The notes: generated by a model not told the origin, from the letters alone. A DNA stretch of 64,000 bases from Octopus vulgaris (GCA_951406725.2 OX597816.1:868001-932000), one strand, 5' to 3'; positions 35,701 through 45,400 are shown, counted from the stretch's first letter. Translations and numbers: made by a program.

Positions 35701-38700
35701 GTGAACCTCAGTTGAGAAACGCTGCATTAGAGTGTTGGATAGAAAACACTATTTCAACTAGGTTTGGAGCACGATAAACCAATGACTAACAAAAACAGTC
35801 AAAAGAAATAAATGTAGCAGCAACACAAAGCTGGTCTCAAACATCTTTGGCATTTGTAAAATGTATTTCAGCCAGTCTCAGTTGGTAGTGCATGTGTGTA
35901 ATAATCATTACTTTCATGACAGTGAAAAATCATCATAGACATAAGGGGCCGAAAAAAGCATTACTTCACAAAAGAAGCCAGTGTAAGAGAGCAATCAGCA
36001 GGGCATTGCCAAAAGAAAAAGAAAATGTTAAAGCCATTCAGAACATGGCAAATGAACTTTAGCATTTAGAGGTCCCTCGCTCCACAAATACTACCCCTTA
36101 CATAGTCGATGGAGGCTTTCCCACCCACCCCACTTGGCAAACTCACCAGTTCTGGTGGAACAGACTGTAACATGTGTCAGCCATGAAAACCAGCACAAAT
36201 CCTGCCATGGTCAACCTGATTAAAAATAGTGTCAGTACTGACTGGTGAAATTTCATGAGAATTAGTATGGCTGCATGGTAAGAAGTTTGCTTCCAAATAG
36301 CATGACTCCAGGTTCAGTCCCAATGCATGGCACCCTGGACAGATGTCCTCTACCAAAGTGTCTGAATAATCAAAACTTTCTGAGTGGATTTGGTAGATGG
36401 AAACAAAGAAGCCAACCAGACGGTGTGGGTGTGTGTGTGCATGCCACTGTTTCCTTGCCTTTTCATCATCATTTGTTAAATTGCCACAGGTAAATAATGC
36501 CATACTTGGCAACAGTAAGGATACCCAGTTGTAGAAAATTTGCCTCAATAAATTCTGTTCAATACATGTGAGGAGCATGGGAAAATGGATGCTAAAGTGA
36601 CGACAATGAATTGTGCTACCTAATTACCATCATCAAATACTGAAGCTTCTAACAATGGTTAATGTTTCAACTGAATATAGAAGTTTCTGAGAATAGTAAG
36701 CAGTAATCTGAAATTTCCAGACGTTTGGAATTTTGTTTATTTAACAGATGGTTATAAAACTACATCCATATCGATATAGAATCATCAAAGTGGTTAGAAC
36801 CCATTAGTTAATTATGCAAACCTTTGTGTACAATCCACAGGTAAAATTGGGAACAGAACATATTTTGTTCTGTTATGGAATGCAATATAATGTATGAAAA
36901 AAAAACCTTATGCTATGCTGGAAAAGGACTGGTGTACAAAGCAGATCATGAAATTCTTTGGGATATTTAATAATTCTTGCAAAGCATATCCCTATTTCTA
37001 AAGCTTCCAGCTCAGACACGCTAATCACTGCTAACCCCTTTAAATATCACCTGCCTGAGACCACACTTGGTTCTAGAGGTTATCCAAGATATCACATCAT
37101 CCTTATTTAAATAGCAGAGAGAAATAGGGTCTATTTCCAACAGACTGAAGGAAATGTCTCGTAACTGTCCAACAGGGAAAAGTTTTGTTTGAAACATACG
37201 AAAACTATCTGAATTGCATGGAGGCATTTACACAATCATAGAACATTTGATTAACTTTGGATACTCTTCTTTGTAGCATTTACACCAAATAGCAGAAAAC
37301 AATGGCCTTTATAGTCTCAGGTGGAAGTGCATGAATTGGAACTTTCATTGATTGCATTCAATTCGGTGTACGGTCATCACAGACAGCCGGCCAGAACAAC
37401 TTTGCCAAACTTATTGAGAATATTCCATAACAAATCTTACCTCTGACTGTCCTAAAGAAAATTTTGCTGGGGGCCCTGAAATGGAAGGGTCCTCTTCTGG
37501 GATTCACATTACATCTTTTTCGAAGGTAATCTAAATACTTCACTGAAAAAAAAAAAAGTGACAATGAAATTACTTGAGGGCAAGCTTTTAACAAAATTGG
37601 ATTATTAACGTGGGGGGGGGGGGGTACAACATGTATTTCATTAGTGTTATCTGTCATAAGGGTAACTTTGGAATTATACTCTTAAAACCATAACATACAA
37701 TTATAATTCAACTTTTACAAAATGAAATACCGGTTTTCAAAAGAAAACCATCATCTTAAAATAAATTTCTCATAACTACTCATTTACTCCCTCATCCTCC
37801 TGTCTTGATTCTTTCTGCATACACTGTTCCTTTACTCATTGCCTGCCATCAAGCTTAGTATGTGAGCTCTCAATATCTCTTTTACCCACTCAGTAAAACG
37901 TGGCTAGAGCTATCAATCATTCCGAATCTACATCAACTCCTATTACAGAAGATCATAACAGGGGAAAAAATCTATTTCAACAAATACATTATCTGTCTGG
38001 ATAAAAAATAATTAGGTGACCAGTCATTCATATGTGGTAAAGAGAGGAGACGCCCGTGTCATTGGGGAGGGGCTCATTTTGTTGGAATTTATGTAAGATG
38101 AAACCAACAGCAAAACCTAAAAACTATCTTGAAATTTATAGAGATGACAAAAGATATTTCACATCCTAGCATCAAGTAAATAACGGACCATTAAACCACA
38201 AGGTCTTAGACTTCTGTGGCAAATACAACCCTCTTCATTAATGATCGACTGAATAAGGGTGAAGAACAGAAACAAAATGGTATTTGCGAAGTTTCCATAG
38301 TGCCAGAGTCGTGGCAATTCTTGTTATGGCTGGGTCAATGGGCGAGGAACGGGGGTTCGATATTGAATGACTCGAAATCCCACAAGAAATATCAGTGAGG
38401 ACGTATCCTGGAACAACGTTAGTAAATAAAATGCATAATTAATTGTACGAAATTAATAAAATACTTACTTTTATTTCTGTGGAAATGGCCTGAAATATTG
38501 ATACCTTCACATCGGACAATGACCATTCTTTGTCCTAAAATATCCAAGTAGATTAAATTAGAAAAACTAATTCTCGCAGGATATCAAAAATTACAATTGG
38601 ATGTTTCCAAAAAAAAAAATACATTACTAAAACGAAATAAATCCCCCCCCCCCCCATTACGGATACAAACACCGCTCTCCTGAAAATGCCGCTAATGTGA

Positions 38701-39873
38701 AACCCACCTCCCTCCAAATATGAAAGTCAATGGAAAATGCGTTTCGCATAACGAAAATCCACATTACGGCAAGAGTTTTCAGAAACGCAACCCGAAAACC
38801 CGTGATTTAATGGACTCGGCCTTTTAATTTTCAGTAATTTGACTTGAATCAAGTCATTGTAACAAAAGGTATTGGGAGATATTATCCTTAGAAAGGAAAA
38901 TATCACATTTTAAAGTAAAAAATGATTAGGAACACAGCCTTCTTCTACTCACCTTGCAAGAGACTTTTGGCTACGACTGCAGACAATCGCCCCAAAAGAT
39001 GCCCACTGGCATCGATTACGATGGGCTGAGGAAAGAAAAATATATTTGTTATGTCAAGATGCAACCACAAGTATTTAAAGACTTTTTTTCTACGATGAAG
39101 GAAAGCTTAGATTGACAAACCATGACCAAAAAAAAAAAAAAAAAACATCCTATTTCGCGAAAATTGTGATAATCCATATCAGTGGAAACGAAATTAACAA
39201 TTCGTAAAATATAAAAATGTTTAAAAGTCACATTTAAGAGTCTTAAGGCCTCGACGAGGTTCATTAATTGCCGGGCGTGATAGGATTTCTATTAATATTA
39301 TACAAAATATAATCCTTTCTGCTTCTTTTTAGAATAAGCATCCTTTAATCATGTGTGTGAAAATGTTGAAAACTAAGCCCAATAAAGCCTAAAATGATTT
39401 AACAGTGAAATTATTCCCAATAAAGCAGAAATAAGAATTCGGATTCTGTAGAAGTGAAGCACATGGAGCAATTCTGAAAATCCTATTAACTGTTTTATAA
39501 AATAGCTATAAGCGAAAAGTGACAAAAACGAGAATGATCTCAGTATAGAGAGACGAAAGCACTTTAGTAATTCAGAAACAATACAGAGTTCATGAAGGAA
39601 AAAAAAAGGTGAAAAAAAGCGAAGAGATTTCTGTTCACGTGGATTTCAGCCATTTTAAAAGAAGACTTGTCATGCTGCGGCCAAGTGGAGCCGTTTAAAG
39701 CAAGATTTACTGGAATTAGCAAAAGAGATTTCATAATGTGACCGTCTTAAATGATTCTGTATAACGAATCTGAGCTAATCATAGAGATTTTAAGATGAAA
39801 ATAGTCTGTAATTTGTGAATCCTACGAGTAAATATTGAGCAGTTGAAAGACAAACCTGACGTTGGAACACCAT
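29684..39873 (-). CDS. RPL13A: 60S ribosomal protein L13a (uL13), 7 coding exons, 203 aa
   Basis: Exons 39873-39856, 39025-38953, 38534-38469, 37542-37441, 32855-32710, 29979-29857 and 29767-29684 (18+73+66+102+146+123+84=612 nt), all GT-AG. Spliced product [20 protein letters not shown]...[10 protein letters not shown]...[24 protein letters not shown]...[10 protein letters not shown]...GYGYR*. Confidence 0.95.
29857..29979 (-). CDS. RPL13A: RPL13A exon 6
   Basis: [27 protein letters not shown]; ttcacag acceptor and gtaagt donor. Confidence 0.95.
30144..30212 (-). ncRNA. SNORD34: Box C/D snoRNA, SNORD34/U34 family, copy 1
   Basis: C box ATGATGA, guide TTACCTACATTG, D' TTGA, D box CTGA; flanking stem agctgtgtc/gactcagct. 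The guide is antisense to 28S CAAUGUAGGUAA. Confidence 0.88.
30882..30948 (-). ncRNA. SNORD34: Box C/D snoRNA, SNORD34/U34 family, copy 2
   Basis: gtta-ATGATGA...TTACCTACATTG-c-TTGA...CTGA-taac, with outer stem atcagc/gctgat. Confidence 0.88.
31743..31808 (-). ncRNA. SNORD34: Box C/D snoRNA, SNORD34/U34 family, copy 3
   Basis: Near-identical to copy 2, with the same boxes, guide and outer stem. Confidence 0.88.
32710..32855 (-). CDS. RPL13A: RPL13A exon 5
   Basis: [48 protein letters not shown]; ctttag acceptor and gtaaat donor. Confidence 0.95.
33003..33180 (-). repeat. RTE 3'-tail copy in RPL13A intron 4
   Basis: (atc)n..acgtccgttttccatgct...ctacagctggatgcccttcctaacgcc. Confidence 0.75.
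34165..34234 (-). ncRNA. Box C/D snoRNA, SNORD33-related, variant guide CATGCACTTCCAC
   Basis: gtct-ATGATGA...CATGCACTTCCAC-CTGA-gac; extra outer stem ggcctg/caggcc. Confidence 0.8.
35019..35084 (-). ncRNA. SNORD33: Box C/D snoRNA, SNORD33/U33 family
   Basis: gtct-ATGATGA...CACATGCACTACCAA-CTGA-gac. The guide is antisense to 18S UGGUGGUGCAUG, as in vertebrate U33. Confidence 0.88.
35118..35486 (-). mobile_element. 5'-truncated copy of the CR1-type LINE
   Basis: Near-identical to about 24648-25013 including the (taac)n tail; aaaa(g) target duplication shown by the empty paralogous site near 35970. Confidence 0.92.
35673..35724. mobile_element. 52-bp hAT-type MITE remnant
   Basis: Ends cagtgttct...agaaacgctg, flanked by an exact 8-bp repeat cattagag (35665-35672 and 35725-35732). 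Confidence 0.7.
35875..35940 (-). ncRNA. SNORD33: Box C/D snoRNA, SNORD33/U33 family (duplicate)
   Basis: Identical to 35019-35084, inside a local duplication. Confidence 0.88.
37314..37384 (-). ncRNA. Box C/D snoRNA, SNORD33-related, variant guide CATGCACTTCCAC
   Basis: gtct-GTGATGA...TTGA (D')...ATGAAA (C'-like)...CATGCACTTCCAC-CTGA-gac; outer stem tggcc/ggcca. Confidence 0.8.
37441..37542 (-). CDS. RPL13A: RPL13A exon 4
   Basis: [33 protein letters not shown]; tttcag acceptor and gtaaga donor. Confidence 0.95.
38469..38534 (-). CDS. RPL13A: RPL13A exon 3
   Basis: [21 protein letters not shown]; ttttag acceptor and gtaagt donor. Confidence 0.95.
38953..39025 (-). CDS. RPL13A: RPL13A exon 2
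   Basis: [24 protein letters not shown]; ttcctcag acceptor and gtgagt donor. Confidence 0.95.
39856..39873 (-). CDS. RPL13A: RPL13A exon 1 coding part (MVFQRQ)
   Basis: ATG just after the pyrimidine tract ctctctttccc; CAG|gtttgt donor in phase 0, matching exon 2. Confidence 0.8.
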
Positions 39874-39876
39874 GAC

Positions 39877-40013
39877 GGGAAAGAGAGTGATTCGGGGTTT
39901 ACAGTTGGAAGAACACGGGCTCACCGGAAGTATATAGGCTGCCGTCTACAGGAAATCGTAACCTATACAAGGGAGGTAATTGTGCTGCTCTTAAAAACCA
40001 GTTTCGCCATTTT
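39877..40013. promoter_or_regulatory. Bidirectional RPL13A/SF3A1 promoter
   Basis: TCT/5'TOP initiator ctctctttccc (minus, 39887-39877), ETS site CCGGAAGT at 39924-39931, YY1-like CGCCATTTT at 40005-40013; locally CpG-rich. Confidence 0.75.
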
Positions 40014-40073
40014 GTTTGGTGTTGGTCGAATAAAATAGGAAATTGTTTTCTTATTTAGTGTTTTGTTACCAAA

Positions 40074-42485
40074 ATGCCTCCAGCCGTGGAAGCCGAAGGC
40101 CTGCCGCTTCCAGAATCAGTAACTGGACCGGAAGAGAAATCTGAAGAAGAAAAAACTTATACACGTCCTGTAATCGGTATTATTTATCCTCCGCCAGAAG
40201 TGAGGAACATTGTTGACAAAACCGCCAGTTTTGTGGCCCGAAACGGACCCGAATTCGAAAGTCGGATCAGACAAAACGAGGTAAATAACCCAAAGTTTAA
40301 CTTTTTGAATCCTGCCGATCCCTACCATGCATACTATCAGCACAAAGTTAAAGAATTTAAAGATGGCAAGGGCCAAGAGCCAATTGTTAGTAAGATTATT
40401 ACTGCGGCGATGGCCTTGAAACCTATGAGCGAGCCTATAAAAAATATAGAACCAATTATTCCTAATGAACCGCCTGCTGAGTTTGAATTTACTGCTGATC
40501 CCCCATCGATCTCGGCTTTTGATCTGGATGTTGTCAAGTTAACTGCTCAGTTTGTGGCCCGTAACGGTCGTCAGTTTTTAACAAACTTAATGAATCGGGA
40601 ACAGAGGAATTACCAATTCGACTTCCTCAGGCCGCAGCACAGTCTTTTCAATTATTTTACTAAACTAGTTGAACAATATACCAAAATTTTAATTCCCCCT
40701 AAAGACCTTAGCAACAAGCTGAAGAAAGAGTCTCAAGTCAGTAAACACATTTTAGAGCAAGTTAAATATCGTGTTGAGTGGGCAAAATACCAAGAACGGG
40801 AGCGACGGAAAGAGGAAGATGCCCTGGAAAAAGAACGTATCGCTTATGCTCAGATTGATTGGCACGATTTCGTTGTGGTGGAAACAGTTGATTTCCAAGC
40901 GAGTGAGGTGGGCAATCTGCCTTCTCCGACAACCCCGGAAGAAGTCGGTGCTCGGGTCATCCAACAGGAGCGTTACGAAAAAGGAGAGAACACCAACGAC
41001 GTTGCAATGGAAGTGGAATCAGATGAAGAGGATGGCGATGACATCATTCTAGATAAAGGTGGTAAAACACAAAAAGATGTTCTTGTTGATAAGAACAAGC
41101 ATTCTTCTATTATTCCTCCTTCACTACCGATACCTCCGCAGCTCCGTCCTCCTCCACCTTCTGACAATAACCAAGTACTGGACATGGACGAAGGTTCAGA
41201 TGAGGATGAAATCGACGAAGAAAGAAAAATAGACAAGGTGATCACTCCTCAACCTCCACCGCCGCCACCCAGTGATATTCCCCAGCCTCCACCTCCTTTA
41301 CCACCAACCCCTGATCAAGTTATCGTACGTAAGGATTATAACCCTAAGGCCCGAACAATCAGCACCGAGCCCAATCCTGATTCTTTCATGGTGTCTCCGA
41401 TCACTGGTGAAAAGATTCCTACTCATAAAGTACCTGAACACATGCGAATTGGTTTGCTTGACCGCAAGTGGATTGAAGAACGCAATCGTTCAATTGCTGA
41501 AAAGCGAGAGCAAGAAGAAGTTTATGCTCCTGGTTTGGCCATTGGCAGCAGTTTGAGACAACTGGCTGAACGCCGTACTGATATTTTCGGTATTGGTGCT
41601 GAAGAAACTCAGATTGGTAAAAAGATAGGGGAAGAAGAGAAAAAAGAAAAGAAAGTTGTCTGGGATGGACACACAGCTTCGATGGAGAAAGTAACACAGA
41701 AAGCTCGTGAGAATATCACCATTGAAGAACAGATTGCTGTTATTCATAAAGTGAAGGGTTTAGTACCTGATGAAGAGAAGGAGAAAATTGGTCCAGCCAT
41801 GCCCAAACCATCAAAACCCATACATCCACCAATGCAACACCCAATACCTCCCAAACCAATGCCACCAGCACCTATGCCTACCAATACTATGACTCCAAAT
41901 ATTATGAAGATACAGCCCCCACCCCCACCTCCTGTACAACCGGCACCTCCCATGCCACCAATGCCCCGTCCTCCCGTGCCCCAGAGTATGGTGATTCTTC
42001 CACCTCGACCACCACCAACTGCACTTGGAAATGTCTTGGGCATTTCACAGCGTCCCCCACAACCACCAGTGCCACAACTGCCAGTTTCAACATCAGATTT
42101 CAGTGTTCCTCCCCCACCACCAAAGGAAGATGATCAACCAACCCAATCAAAGCGACAGAAAACTGAAGAATCTCTCGTTTCAGAAGAAGAATATTTGCGA
42201 ACACACAAGAACCCGATTTTGGTCAAGGTTTTGGTGCCAAACGTTCCAGATAAACCTGAATGGAACCTCAATGGTCAAGTGCTCAACTTTACTTTACCAC
42301 TTACTGATTCAGTGTCTGTAATTAAAGCAAAACTTAACGAAGCACTCAGTATTCCTGCTGGTAAGCAGAAATTACAGTATGAAGGTATCTTTGTCAAAGA
42401 TTCCAATACTTTAGCCTTTTACAATCTTCCCCATGGAGCAAGCATCAATTTGCAACTCAAAGAACGAGGTGGTCGGAAGAAGTAA
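40074..42485 (+). CDS. SF3A1: Splicing factor 3A subunit 1 (SF3a120/Prp21), single exon, 803 aa
   Basis: SURP1 (IIYPPPEVRNIVDKTASFVARNGPEFE), SURP2 (DLDVVKLTAQFVARNGRQFL), IDWHDFVVVETVDF, AERRTDIFG, a Pro-rich region and a C-terminal ubiquitin-like domain ending KERGGRKK. Confidence 0.97.
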   Translation: MPPAVEAEGLPLPESVTGPEEKSEEEKTYTRPVIGIIYPPPEVRNIVDKTASFVARNGPEFESRIRQNEVNNPKFNFLNPADPYHAYYQHKVKEFKDGKGQEPIVSKIITAAMALKPMSEPIKNIEPIIPNEPPAEFEFTADPPSISAFDLDVVKLTAQFVARNGRQFLTNLMNREQRNYQFDFLRPQHSLFNYFTKLVEQYTKILIPPKDLSNKLKKESQVSKHILEQVKYRVEWAKYQERERRKEEDALEKERIAYAQIDWHDFVVVETVDFQASEVGNLPSPTTPEEVGARVIQQERYEKGENTNDVAMEVESDEEDGDDIILDKGGKTQKDVLVDKNKHSSIIPPSLPIPPQLRPPPPSDNNQVLDMDEGSDEDEIDEERKIDKVITPQPPPPPPSDIPQPPPPLPPTPDQVIVRKDYNPKARTISTEPNPDSFMVSPITGEKIPTHKVPEHMRIGLLDRKWIEERNRSIAEKREQEEVYAPGLAIGSSLRQLAERRTDIFGIGAEETQIGKKIGEEEKKEKKVVWDGHTASMEKVTQKARENITIEEQIAVIHKVKGLVPDEEKEKIGPAMPKPSKPIHPPMQHPIPPKPMPPAPMPTNTMTPNIMKIQPPPPPPVQPAPPMPPMPRPPVPQSMVILPPRPPPTALGNVLGISQRPPQPPVPQLPVSTSDFSVPPPPPKEDDQPTQSKRQKTEESLVSEEEYLRTHKNPILVKVLVPNVPDKPEWNLNGQVLNFTLPLTDSVSVIKAKLNEALSIPAGKQKLQYEGIFVKDSNTLAFYNLPHGASINLQLKERGGRKK

Positions 42486-44615
42486 AACTTCTTGCACATT
42501 TATATTTCTTTTCACCCAATGTTGTTAACAAAACAATAAGGAATGATCTTTTTTTTTTTCATTTCTGTAAAAATTGAAGTTCATAAGACAGCTAAGTCAT
42601 AGCAACAGGATGTTATCCTTCATTTTTTTAATGACATTCCAAAAAGATTTCCTTTTATAGTTTCAGATAAACACTTTGGAATTGAATTGCTAAATGACAT
42701 TTGAATATACACACACACATACATACTGTGTGTATATTTGCATTATTTTTATCATATCCTGTACATAAAATGTGAAATATATCATTGAATATCTGCAATA
42801 CTTCTTGTGTTATTTTGATTACATGTTGAAGATACTATTTATTTTATACTCTCACTCAATGGTAACAACATAAAAATCTAAGAGAGCTCGGTTACTGTCG
42901 GTTTCTGTCCATCAGATCCACTCACAAGGCTTTGGATGGCCAAGGAATATAGCAGACGATCCTTGACCTAGGTGTCGTATAGTGGAACATGGTGGGGGAA
43001 ATGAACTTCACACAGTCTTTTGTTTGACTCCTGTCAAAGGCTCCAATCCATGCTAGGATGGAAAACTGATGATGATAAAATATATTCCTTTGATGAGGCT
43101 TTGTAGTATTATTAGTTTTAGGTCTTGAATTGTGGCTGTTAGAAACTTGGAGAGTTTTTAATCATAGCAGTCCCTGTGTCCCTCTCAAACTGTTTGCTTA
43201 TTTTATGAGTGACTCTTAACTATGTTCACTCAACACAAGTTTAATTGGTGAGATTGTTTCAATGAAACCCACATCATCATTTAACCTACATTTTCCATGC
43301 TGGCATCGGTTGGACAGTTTGACAGGAGCAGCACCAGGTTCCATGGTTTGTGCAGCTTCATGCCCTTCCTAACACCAACCACTTTACAGAGTGTACTGAG
43401 TACTTTTTACTCTTGGCACCAGCACTGAGTCACTAAACCCCACCACCTCAATTGGGTGGGGTGGGGGTAGTATTGAGGGGTTGTGGCTTTACACACACAC
43501 ATAATGAAGGTGCAGGGTGTTGTGCTTACAATTGCAAGATTATGGTTTTGATTCCTAAACCAGTATTGCATTGTGTTGTTGAACAAAGCCCTTCACTTCA
43601 CATTGCTCCCGCCCACAGTGATGTGTTGGCTTGCTTGCCTAGCCAGTAGGATGACATCATTCAAAAGCTACAATAAGAGGAATACAGTGATTATGTATAC
43701 AGATGTGCACAGGGATAGCTATGCACAAGAAGCCCGTTGTGTGTTTGTCTCCTTGTCTTATGTGACAGTTGTAAATGAATGTCCCTGTCATACAAGCAGT
43801 GTCATTTCAAATATTCTGCAAAAACATGTCTGGCCATTCTTAGAAACAGGTGAGGGTTGTTGACAGGAAGGACATCTGGTCACAGAAAATCTCTCCATGT
43901 TACAACAATGATTGGAGGACATTCCACCAAAGAATTCTGCTTTAAGAAGTTTTGTTCAACCCATGCCAGCAAGAAAAAAGTCAGTGTTAAAATAATGATG
44001 GTGAGTATTGTGACCTGAGTAAAACATGGGTTATTGGGTCTGTGACAGTTTATTTCTGATATTGTGAAAAGCCCCATTATGCCTGATAGTATTTAAGTTC
44101 AAGATATGAAGGGACAATTTAGTCTCTTGTGTTACTTTGTCAACTCACTGCTCTTGAAGACAAAATATAAACTTAAGTAGAGTGCTACCTATCAAATGAC
44201 TGATAACTTTGGAAATGCATTTTTGCAATTATAGGCAACGTCAAGAAATATAGGAGACATACAATAATTATGATTTAACTTTTAGCAAATATCTTATGCA
44301 AAACGAATAATAAGTTTCAAAAGAAAAGTATTTATTACCTTAAAATAAAGCAAATTTCTCATTTGTCTAATCATAATCTGCTCCCTGTAAAATCCTATCT
44401 TTTACTTGTTTCAGCCATGCTGGGGCACCACCTCAAAGAATTTCTTGTCAATGGAATCATCCCCACTACTTGATTTTTTTTTAAAGCCAGATACTTACTC
44501 TATCCTTCTCTTTTGTCAAACCACTAAGTTACAAGGACAAGCACAAAAGAATGTGTTGTTTTTTTTCCCAAAAAGTTATATGACACTTATTCTACACCTC
44601 CTATGTTAACTCTCT

Positions 44616-44655
<40 letters not shown>

Positions 44656-45400
44656 ATGTAAAGCCTGATTGGAGAAATCACTCAACTCGCCAACATATAC
44701 GAATCGGTTCAAAAGTTAGATCTCAGTTCTCTCCCTTTATGTATTCATTAATTTGTGTTTTTGCTGATATTTATTTAACTAGTACAGATAATTACCAGCA
44801 TTTATATATTTCTAAAACGTACCCTTTTTTTTTCTTGAAGCCTTTTATTTATACAATCAGTCATCAGTCGTTTTATGTCCATTTTGCCCTGGTTGACTCT
44901 GCCAGGAATATATTGAAGCATTGGTTTTGCAACTAGATACCTTCATGTTACTAACCTTTATCAGTTTCTTTTTTTCTCTCTTCTAGTAAATAATCTTTTA
45001 GTTCATGAAGGTGTGAAGGGAGCAGATGAATTCTTAACAGATAAAATAACAATAACAACACCTGCCTCCACTGTCATGGAATCCAAAAAACATAGCTGCA
45101 AACAGGTCTGTGGATTCCCCGATCAGCTTCAATGTCTAAGAGCTAATATTCTAGTTTAGACTATATTTCATTGGTGAAGTCTTGTGTAAGACCAGTCTCA
45201 CTTTTTGGAAATGCTGATAGCCAAAAGTTGGTGCAAATGTTTGCCACAGACTCGAATGAACAGCAACCCTCAGGCTTTTCTATCAGAGTTCTCCTGGGTT
45301 AGTTGCCTTCACCATGACTTAGAGGCTGACCCACCTTGTCAGGTTAGATGCACTCTTGGCTACCAAAGCAGAAATAGTATAAATATATATTATATTTCAT

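Noticed and set aside
37543-38468. Telomerase RNA, RNase MRP or U17 as the identity of the structured intron 3 region
   Set aside because: No CUAACCCU template, no GAAAGUCC P4 partner, and no AUAUUCCUA or AAACCAU motifs.
39639-39653. Alternative RPL13A exon 1 (MAEIH, donor gtgaac)
   Set aside because: In phase and similar to human MAEVQ, but the donor is weak; 39873-39856 has a better TOP tract and donor. This site reads better as a YY1 motif. Not fully excluded.
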